Origin: a virus
IMG/VR virus record: IMGVR_UViG_3300045199_000074
Reading direction: 5' to 3' (one strand)
Length of the DNA: 64,000 bases
In this document: positions 10,797 through 17,395 of the stretch, one piece after another
Layout of the letters: each line of letters begins with the position of its first letter
Numbering within the stretch: position 1 is the first letter of the stretch
Translations under genes and position numbers: made by a program
Notes under the pieces: model-generated
Told to the model about the DNA's origin: nothing
The model's input: only the letters and a program-made list of their open reading frames with translations
Databases searched by the model: none

Positions 10797-11450
10797 ATGG
10801 ATGGGCTTCAAATTAGCTCACTGAATTCTAAAAACACTAATCAGTATGTTTCTAAAGCCACTCTTAGATTGTTGAATGTCTATCAAGAACGCAATCATGT
10901 CTCAGATGTGTCCTTAAAAACATTGCTAGATGAGATTCTGTTAGAAACAGATGATGCATATAAACTTGCGGCCTCAAGTCTTAGGACGGATAAGCATACT
11001 CCAGATCACATAGAAGCTGAGTATAAACGCTTTCTGGCGGCACGCGGCCTGACTGCTACCAAGGTCAATATTGTATCATCTCGTTCAGTTTCTGCTCCAC
11101 AGTTGGAAACACGGCCTCCAGCTGAAATAATTGATATACCATTGCCAGTCCGTGGTCGCGGTCGTGCGCGTAAGCTTCGTCCTATGTTCAATGGGCATGA
11201 ACTTCCTAAGAAGGTCACGTCTATTGAAGAAACTATAACTGTAAAATGGATTATCTGCCTGGAAGACGGCAAGAAGGTGAAAGATTTGTCTCATCACCTA
11301 GTTTCATTTGGCTTGACCCCGAGCCAGTATCGTAAAAAATGGGGTCTTCCAGATAGTTATCCTATGCATGCGCCTCAGCTGATACTGCAACGAGGAGCTA
11401 CTTTCGAGGTGGATTACGTGACGGGGTTACGCCGTCGTGTTCGTAGTTGA
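10797..11450 (+). CDS. Ros/MucR-family regulator with N-terminal extension
   Basis: C-terminal IICLEDGKKVKDLSHHL..FGLTPSQYRKKWGLPDSYPMHAP; SD AGGAGG. Confidence 0.9.
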   Translation: MDGLQISSLNSKNTNQYVSKATLRLLNVYQERNHVSDVSLKTLLDEILLETDDAYKLAASSLRTDKHTPDHIEAEYKRFLAARGLTATKVNIVSSRSVSAPQLETRPPAEIIDIPLPVRGRGRARKLRPMFNGHELPKKVTSIEETITVKWIICLEDGKKVKDLSHHLVSFGLTPSQYRKKWGLPDSYPMHAPQLILQRGATFEVDYVTGLRRRVRS

Positions 11451-11467
11451 ATCCTTTCGACATTCTT

Positions 11468-11509
11468 ATTTACAGAAGGCGTGAAAAAATATTCACGCCT
11501 TCTGTAAAT
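11468..11509. terminator. 18-bp inverted repeat, probable terminator
   Basis: atttacagaaggcgtgaa-N6-ttcacgccttctgtaaat after the mucR-like gene. Confidence 0.7.
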
Positions 11510-11577
11510 TGTTAATAGATGTTTGTGTTTTTCATTTTTTGACCCCACCATTGTCTTTATATTGGTGGATTTTTATT

Positions 11578-12444
11578 ATGACACTGTCTTCAAATATACA
11601 TTCATTGTTGCGAGATATGCCTCGCGGGATATCATTTGCAGATCGCTTGAAGTGGCTAGAATGGCGTGAAACGTCTTCTCGTGGCGATGTTAAGGTGCAT
11701 TCTGAAGGTGTTGCGCGATTTGCTGTTAAACTGGCAAATGCTGTTGGGTTTGATACCGATTATATTGGAAAATTGAATACGGCAGCTCGTTGGCATGACA
11801 TCGGTAAATTAGCTACTCCGGACTCCGTTCTTAATAAGCCGGGTCGACTCGATGACTTGGAGTTGAAAGTCATGGAACTACACGCATCTGATGGTCATTC
11901 ATTACTCGGAAGTGATGCGCCACAGATGTGGCGTGATGTAGCGAAATATCATCATGAGCGCTACGATGGTTATGGGTATCATGGTCTAAAAGGCGAAAAT
12001 ATTCCTCTAGCAGCTCGATTAACTGCAATTGCCGATGTTTTTGACGCATTGACCCAGAAGCGCGTTTACAAAAATGGAATGACAGTTGAGGACGCATTAT
12101 GTCTAATGTCCAATAATGTCGATAGTCCAGGTTTTGGAAGACGAGCGTTTGATCCGATTTTTCTCCGTGTTTTTGTTGCCGATTGCCTTAATAAGGAAGG
12201 AATTAATTTCACAGATGAAGGACGAAAAATATTAGAGTCATACGCTATTTCTGATCCCATGAATGATATTGATGGAGATAAGTATCAAAATGAAGGCTGG
12301 CTTTTGAAGGTAAATGGGAAGCGATTGAAATATGTTCAGGCTGACAACGGTAATGATAGACTAGTTGAAGTATACAGCCCGACAGGTCAGTTGCTTTTTG
12401 ACGTGGGGCAACCTGAATTAATAAACGACCAAAAGCTTGCGTAG
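11578..12444 (+). CDS. HD-GYP domain phosphohydrolase (cyclic nucleotide phosphodiesterase-like)
   Basis: HS..V, HDIGK, LNKPGRL, HHERYDGYGY, ADVFDALTQKRVYK; start placed at ATG 11578. Confidence 0.9.
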   Translation: MTLSSNIHSLLRDMPRGISFADRLKWLEWRETSSRGDVKVHSEGVARFAVKLANAVGFDTDYIGKLNTAARWHDIGKLATPDSVLNKPGRLDDLELKVMELHASDGHSLLGSDAPQMWRDVAKYHHERYDGYGYHGLKGENIPLAARLTAIADVFDALTQKRVYKNGMTVEDALCLMSNNVDSPGFGRRAFDPIFLRVFVADCLNKEGINFTDEGRKILESYAISDPMNDIDGDKYQNEGWLLKVNGKRLKYVQADNGNDRLVEVYSPTGQLLFDVGQPELINDQKLA

Positions 12445-12474
12445 CAACGGCCAGCATTGTGCTGGCCTTATGTT

Positions 12475-12999
12475 TTACTTTCGGAATGAATTCGAAGAAT
12501 TTAGGAGGTCGTCCAGAGTTTCGGTGGGATCTCCTTCTCGTTGTTTGCGAACTCTTTGACTAATTGAATTTTTGGAGGTCGACATCCATGTGTCGCTACC
12601 GTCATTCCAATAGACCTCGTCGCCACTTTCTAGAACATAATGTTCATGGAAATTACCGAAATCCAATAATGGCTGTTTGGTTGGAATAACTTGTACAATT
12701 TTCTCCGCATATTCGCCGAATTCATCGTGTTTCATTATGACGACGTCGCCCACCACAAAAGATCCACCTTGATTTGGGAAATCATCGACGTTACCGATAA
12801 TCTGTCCTCTCGAATTGGCCAACTCTTTGACGTCTGAGTGTCTTTCGAAGAATTCTTTTAGTTTTTCCTCCCACTTTATACTGTCTTTTCCAATCATCCA
12901 CGGATGGCGTAGGCATGTATCGCCACTTGGATGGTGGGTAATCCGTACTTTGCGCGGATAATCAACCTCGAAATATGGCTTGCTTCTATCAATTCCCAT
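12475..12999 (-). CDS. hypothetical protein
   Basis: ATG 12999 preceded by AGGAGG. Confidence 0.7.
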   Translation of the reverse strand: MGIDRSKPYFEVDYPRKVRITHHPSGDTCLRHPWMIGKDSIKWEEKLKEFFERHSDVKELANSRGQIIGNVDDFPNQGGSFVVGDVVIMKHDEFGEYAEKIVQVIPTKQPLLDFGNFHEHYVLESGDEVYWNDGSDTWMSTSKNSISQRVRKQREGDPTETLDDLLNSSNSFRK

Positions 13000-13061
13000 G
13001 ACACCTCCTGTACACTTGTAGGGACCGGATTGCATATTCTCACGCGAATTACATCATCATC

Positions 13062-13096
13062 AAAAAAGAAGAAGGCGAGCATCGGGCTCGCCTTCT
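13062..13096 (-). terminator. intrinsic terminator closing the tRNA cluster 1 transcript
   Basis: minus strand AGAAGGCGAGC-CCGAT-GCTCGCCTTCT-TCTTTTTT. Confidence 0.85.
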
Positions 13097-13099
13097 GTG

Positions 13100-13262
13100 G
13101 TTTATGACCTTCGTTTGCCAGTTGGTCGATTGTAGAGTAATCGTATTTCACCAAACCGATATCAGGCCGATGAAACAGGAGAAAATCTCCGTCAACTCAG
13201 GCATCCAACGATGCCCTGCAGTCGTGACTGCGGATTAGGGTCATAATTTATGTTTCATCAAT
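13100..13262 (-). ncRNA. unclassified structured RNA with pseudoknot
   Basis: GATGAAACA/TGTTTCATC stem crossing a TTATGACC/GGTCATAA stem, plus four internal hairpins. Confidence 0.5.
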
Positions 13263-13292
13263 CAGAATTATTATGCAATGGAGTTTTTGCTG

Positions 13293-13367
13293 TGGTGCTG
13301 CAGGAGAGAATTGAACTCTCGACTTCCTCCTTACCAAGGAGGTACTCTACCACTGAGTTACTGCAGC
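13293..13367 (-). tRNA. tRNA-Thr(GGT)
   Basis: cloverleaf; CCTCC-TT-GGT-AA-GGAGG; encoded CCA. Confidence 0.97.
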
Positions 13368-13395
13368 AATACGATATTGATGGAAACGATGTTTT

Positions 13396-13471
13396 TGGTG
13401 GCAGTAGATAGGATTGAACTATCGACCTACGGCTTATGAGTCCGCCGCTCTCCCAACTGAGCTATACTGCC
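13396..13471 (-). tRNA. tRNA(CAT), elongator Met or Ile2
   Basis: cloverleaf with G1-C72 pair; CT-CAT-AA loop; CCA; Met versus lysidine-Ile not resolvable by eye. Confidence 0.9.
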
Positions 13472-13485
13472 AAAACTATGGTAAC

Positions 13486-13560
13486 TGGTGTCAATGGGAG
13501 GACTTGAACCTCCGACCACACGCTTATCAAGCGCGTGCTCTACCGCTGAGCTACACTGAC
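13486..13560 (-). tRNA. tRNA-Ile(GAT)
   Basis: CGCGC-TT-GAT-AA-GCGTG; CCA. Confidence 0.96.
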
Positions 13561-13568
13561 ATTTATTC

Positions 13569-13643
13569 TGGTGCGTGCAGGAAGGCTTGAACTTCCGACC
13601 TCTCCGTTATCAGCGGAGTGCTCTACCTCTGAGCTATACGCGC
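13569..13643 (-). tRNA. tRNA-Ile(GAT)
   Basis: CTCCG-CT-GAT-AA-CGGAG; CCA. Confidence 0.95.
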
Positions 13644-13667
13644 AAACTGTTAAACTATTAAATTGTT

Positions 13668-13742
13668 TGGTGGGTTCGGCAAGGATCGAACTTGCGGCCT
13701 TCGCCATGTCAAGGCGACGTTCTACCACTAAACTACGAACCC
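13668..13742 (-). tRNA. tRNA-Val(GAC)
   Basis: TCGCC-TT-GAC-AT-GGCGA; CCA. Confidence 0.97.
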
Positions 13743-13746
13743 GAAT

Positions 13747-13917
13747 TGGCCTGCCGAGCGGGATTTGCACCAAGAGCCACCACAGCTCCTTTTTCGCTAC
13801 CTTCCACCCAACTGACCATTTGATGATCTCGCTGCCCTTGGTTGAAGGGCTAGATTTCATCGGCCGAGTTCCTCACGGAATCCTCTGGTGGCTGCCCATC
13901 GATTGGGCCTTCGGCAG
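13747..13917 (-). ncRNA. 171-nt tRNA-like RNA with a large structured insert in place of the anticodon loop
   Basis: acceptor CTGCCGA/TCGGCAG + G + CCA; D-like arm GCCC-N7-GGGC; stem GCCACCA/TGGTGGC enclosing ~100 nt; T-like loop GG-TGCAAAT-CC with a weak stem. Confidence 0.6.
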
Positions 13918-13961
13918 TTACTGTTGCGAGATCGCCAATTCAGGCGCTTCATCGCGGAATT

Positions 13962-14037
<76 letters not shown>

Positions 14038-14049
14038 ATATGAGTTAAT

Positions 14050-14155
14050 GACTTTACCGCCGTGCAGGAATCGAACCTACCTTGGAACCGACAGGCCGCG
14101 CCCAGGTCCTCTTATGGATTCACACCACCCAGTTGGAGCATCCGGCAGTAAAGTC
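14050..14155 (-). ncRNA. tRNA-like element lacking CCA, extended closing stem (pseudo-tRNA or mimic)
   Basis: GACTTTACTGCCG/CGGCGGTAAAGTC closing stem; intact T arm GTAGG-TTCGATT-CCTGC; no canonical anticodon arm. Confidence 0.5.
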
Positions 14156-14202
14156 TCCGACGCATTCGCGCATCGGGATGATCGTTGACCGTGATGCCGA
14201 AG

Positions 14203-14279
14203 TGGTTGCGGGAGGAAGATTCGAACTTCCGGCCTTCAGGTTATGAACCTGACGAGCTACCTGGCTGCTCTATCCCGCG
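14203..14279 (-). tRNA. initiator-type tRNA-fMet(CAT) 1
   Basis: C1:A72 mismatch; TCAGG-TT-CAT-AA-CCTGA; ACCA. Confidence 0.93.
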
Positions 14280-14477
14280 AAAGGGGTCGAGGCCTGAATG
14301 ATCCCAGTACATCCGTGGTAATCTTTACGGGCCTCTACGCGGCAACGAATGCCGCAGTCTCATTGACGTCGCAATCATTGCGCCATCTTAATAATTGAGG
14401 GAAAACGCTTATCATTTCACACACTGCGGAAACGTTTCGAACCGCCGATGGGCTACTTTACTCGCGATTTCCCAAGC

Positions 14478-14555
14478 TGGTTGCGGAGGTCGGATTCGAA
14501 CCGACGACCTCAAGGTTATGAGCCTAGCGAGCTGACCTGGCTGCTCCACTCCGCG
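14478..14555 (-). tRNA. initiator-type tRNA-fMet(CAT) 2
   Basis: C1:A72 mismatch; CTAGG-CT-CAT-AA-CCTTG; ACCA. Confidence 0.92.
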
Positions 14556-14704
14556 TTAGCTTAGATGCCATATCTGGCAAATTCTGTTGGCGTTACTCTC
14601 CACGCCTGAAGTCTAGATCATTGCGATCACGGAAGCCCGATTAAAATACTTGGGCTACACGCATCCCTCTCGGGAGCGGAATATGCCGACACACGTTCGA
14701 CATC

Positions 14705-14779
14705 TGGTTGCGGAAGAGGGAATCGAACCTTCGACCTTCGGGACATGAACCCGATGAGCTGCCACTGCTCTATTCCGCG
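14705..14779 (-). tRNA. initiator-type tRNA-fMet(CAT) 3
   Basis: C1:A72 mismatch; three G-C pairs in TCGGG-TT-CAT-GT-CCCGA; ACCA. Confidence 0.92.
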
Positions 14780-14819
14780 TTTCTTATGACGTCCTTAAAC
14801 GTCAAATTTAGGTAATTAT

Positions 14820-14893
14820 TGGAGCGGATAGAGGGAATCGAACCCTCGTCTTCGACTTGGAAGGACGTTGCTCTACCATTGAGCTATACCCGC
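14820..14893 (-). tRNA. tRNA-Gly(TCC)
   Basis: GCGGGTA acceptor, U73, CT-TCC-AA loop; anticodon stem has two mismatches. Confidence 0.9.
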
Positions 14894-15015
14894 ATTTGTA
14901 ATTAGCCCCATCCTTGAAATAAGCTCCGACTGCTCTGAGCATATTTCTCGCTTAATTACATTGAGCCACCTTGAAATGTGTGCGGCTCCCCCTCTCCCAT
15001 TTTGGGATTAGAATT

Positions 15016-15091
15016 TGGTGGAGAATATCGGACTCGAACCGATCACCTACTGCGTGCAAAGCAGTCGCTCTCCCAGATGAGCTAATTCCCC
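15016..15091 (-). tRNA. tRNA-Ala(TGC)
   Basis: G3:U70; ACTGC-TT-TGC-AC-GCAGT; CCA. Confidence 0.97.
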
Positions 15092-15152
15092 ATAGTCCTG
15101 ATCATGGGTATTTAATTATTTATCGTCAAGGACTAATCCGATAAATAATTAT

Positions 15153-15227
15153 TGGAGCGGGCAAAGAGATTCGAACTCTCGACTTTCACCTTGGCAAGGT
15201 GACACTCTACCACTGAGTTATACCCGC
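15153..15227 (-). tRNA. tRNA-Gly(GCC)
   Basis: TCACC-TT-GCC-AA-GGTGA; U73; CCA. Confidence 0.97.
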
Positions 15228-15256
15228 AATTATTGACATCTAATGCTGTAATTAAT

Positions 15257-15268
15257 TGTCAAAGAAGA
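15257..15268 (-). promoter_or_regulatory. boxA-like antitermination site (internal)
   Basis: TCTTCTTTGACA, resembles rRNA boxA. Confidence 0.55.
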
Positions 15269-15428
15269 ACTTTTTAATAATGACACTCTCAGCACTAAAT
15301 GTATCTTCAAAATTCCTAACTGGCTGTTTTAGAACACTATATGGGCATGCACGAAAACTATTATCATCAGATTGTCGTTCTTCTGAGCTTCCATTTTTTC
15401 GCATACTGCACTCCTCTCAATTGCAATG

Positions 15429-15505
15429 TGGTACGTCCTGACGGGATCGAACCGCCGACATTCTCCGTGTAAAGGAGACGCTACTACCAGCTGAGCTAAG
15501 GACGC
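15429..15505 (-). tRNA. tRNA-Val(TAC)
   Basis: TCTCC-TT-TAC-AC-GGAGA; CCA. Confidence 0.95.
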
Positions 15506-15570
15506 TTATTTCATTCTGCTCGCCGCGATATTAATATCCGCGAGCTTTCAGGAAAATCCTGAAGTGAAAT

Positions 15571-15649
15571 TGGCTTGGGTGGCAGGACTCGAACCTGCGA
15601 CAAGACCCTGGTTAACAGCCAGGCGCTCTACCAACTGAGCTACACCCAA
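15571..15649 (-). tRNA. tRNA-Asn(GTT)
   Basis: CCTGG-CT-GTT-AA-CCAGG; G73; CCA; enlarged variable loop. Confidence 0.95.
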
Positions 15650-15747
15650 ATATGCGAATACCTGCTTTTAATATGTGAGAAGCAGCCAAGTTGGCGCTAA
15701 CACAAATCTCAAGAAAAGCATCCGCGAGACTTTATCGTTTCCATCAA

Positions 15748-15759
15748 TGTCAAAGAACA
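15748..15759 (-). promoter_or_regulatory. boxA-like antitermination site (leader)
   Basis: TGTTCTTTGACA, preceded by hairpins TGAACG-GCGA-CGTTCA and CTCTC-TACC-GAGAG. Confidence 0.7.
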
Positions 15760-15805
15760 TGCTCTCGGTAGAGAGTGATAGTGAACGTCGCCGTTCATGT
15801 TTATT

Positions 15806-15873
15806 AAGTTAAACGAGATAAAAACATAAGTCAACAATAAAAATATAAAAAATATAATTATTTCAATGACTTA
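15806..15873 (-). promoter_or_regulatory. internal sigma70-type promoter of tRNA cluster 1 with AT-rich tract and upstream motif
   Basis: TTGACT(15834-15829)-17 nt-TAACTT; TAA-N4-TTGAAA at 15873-15861. Confidence 0.7.
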
Positions 15874-16002
15874 TCTTAATGAATGCACCTTCCCCGTTCG
15901 CCTCTTTCGATGCGTTGGAAAGTTACTTCAGTGCTAGGTTGTTGCAGCTACTGATAGCCGCTCCGTTGCCGTCGTCGTCCATTGTTGTTTTTCCCAGAGG
16001 TC

Positions 16003-16038
16003 AAAAGAAAAGGCCCCTTCCGTTTCCAGAAGGGGCCT
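16003..16038 (-). terminator. attenuator terminator of tRNA cluster 1
   Basis: AGGCCCCTTCTG-GAAA-CGGAAGGGGCCT-TTTCTTTT. Confidence 0.9.
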
Positions 16039-16065
16039 CGGTTCTTCAGAACCTTTGGGATTTTG

Positions 16066-16188
16066 CTACCTCGCGTTAATCCCTACTTCGACACCCTTCT
16101 GTGCGGCATGCACGACAATACCACGTCCGCCCGCCATATTGGCGGTGACGTTGGTGGTATTAATCGCGATAGCTTGCACGAAACGCAT
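16066..16188 (-). CDS. putative attenuator leader peptide MRFVQAIAINTTNVTANMAGGRGIVVHAAQKGVEVGINAR
   Basis: 40-aa ORF with upstream AGGAG, between a promoter and the terminator; 31/40 residues are A/V/G/I/N/T/M. Confidence 0.8.
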   Translation of the reverse strand: MRFVQAIAINTTNVTANMAGGRGIVVHAAQKGVEVGINAR

Positions 16189-16233
16189 CTGAAAACCTTT
16201 TTCTCCTGAGCTTTAATAGCTCTATTTTTAATA

Positions 16234-16260
16234 ATTATACTGACGGCGAGATAATGTCAA
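16234..16260 (-). promoter_or_regulatory. sigma70-type promoter of leader 1
   Basis: TTGACA-15 nt-TATAAT (short spacer). Confidence 0.65.
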
Positions 16261-16408
16261 TTTATGAAATCTTCCATACTGCGTTTTTTTAAACCGCCAT
16301 AAAGGTGACTTATTAGAACCTCATTACTATTTTTTGAAGAATGCGACGTTCTACATCTTCGCTGGTTCCTATGAAATGTTACGTATCCGATAAAAATATG
16401 TCGCTTCA

Positions 16409-17395
16409 TTAAGACGTGACAGCTCTATTTAACAGGTTTAATACGATTCCCTGTACGTCTTCCGATGTCTTTTCTCGTGCAAACTTGTCCTTAATGTCTT
16501 CCAACAGGATTGAGCCGTCATCGCTTTTAGCCATTTCCATTGAGCTGTTGGCATTAAGAAGATTTACAAAGGCGCTGTCGAAGTCCTTATTCGTTTCAGA
16601 ACTCGGGGCTTCGCCAGGTGAGATTGCATCAATCAGCTTGCCAGTGAGATCAAAGATAATTTTCTCGTGAGGGATTGCAAATTTTTCGAGTCCCCCTTTT
16701 GCTGTTAACGCAAAAACGGCTGGTTCATGATCAATTGCATCCACGTGTTGCCGAGTGATATTGCCAGGGTTAAACCAAACAGTCGTATTCGCTTTCACAA
16801 CATTCTTGCGTAAATGCATGTGGCCATTCACGACTAACCTGCAGCCAATGATGGCTTGAGGCGCTACAGAGCCAGGGTAAGGATTTTCAAATGCCACGTC
16901 ATGATGTGTCAGCCAGATGATCTGGTCGACAGGACCAAAAAATGGTCTCGCGTCTGTTGGAAAGCTTTGACCATAGGGTGTTGCTCCTACTCCGACGATT
17001 TTGTCACCGATTTTAAACGTCTCTAAAGCGCCAGCCTTCGTGCAAACCTTAAGAACACCGCTCTCTGCAATAATCGCAAGTGTGTCCGAATCTGTAAGTG
17101 TGTCATTAATCTTGTCGTGATTGCCGACGTTGGAAATTGGTGTTGTCCAGCTCTGGCGTAAAATGCGGATAAGTTTCGTTTTGAGTGCTTCGTCTTTTTC
17201 AACGGCTTCATCGAACATGTCGCCTAGAAAACAAGGTACGAACTTTCGCTCATTGCAAAGGTTGATCACGTATTCAATTTTCTTGAGTACAGTCAGGCTG
17301 AAGTTTCTGTCCTTACGACGACCTGGCTTCTTAGAGCTGAGATGTGGATCTCCGATAAATAGCAGTCCATCTACTTCACGAATGGTTTCAGTCAT
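16409..17395 (-). CDS. SbcD/Mre11-like metallophosphoesterase nuclease
   Basis: IGDPHL, LGDMFD, VGNHD, LTHH, NGHMH, NPGN; overlaps the end of the SbcC-like gene. Confidence 0.85.
   Translation of the reverse strand: MTETIREVDGLLFIGDPHLSSKKPGRRKDRNFSLTVLKKIEYVINLCNERKFVPCFLGDMFDEAVEKDEALKTKLIRILRQSWTTPISNVGNHDKINDTLTDSDTLAIIAESGVLKVCTKAGALETFKIGDKIVGVGATPYGQSFPTDARPFFGPVDQIIWLTHHDVAFENPYPGSVAPQAIIGCRLVVNGHMHLRKNVVKANTTVWFNPGNITRQHVDAIDHEPAVFALTAKGGLEKFAIPHEKIIFDLTGKLIDAISPGEAPSSETNKDFDSAFVNLLNANSSMEMAKSDDGSILLEDIKDKFAREKTSEDVQGIVLNLLNRAVTS

Noticed and set aside
13747-13917. tmRNA, group I intron-containing tRNA or hammerhead ribozyme
   Set aside because: No G3:U70 or tag frame; the insert lacks a recognisable group I core; CCGAUGA is not the CUGANGA hammerhead core.
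15879-16209. Plus-strand ORFs 15879..16079 and 15982..16209
   Set aside because: They are antisense to leader 1 and its terminator, with no convincing SD or recognisable protein.
16003-16260. T-box riboswitch as the regulator
   Set aside because: I saw no T-box (GGUGGNACC) antiterminator motif upstream of any of the three terminators; SD-led ORFs fit better.
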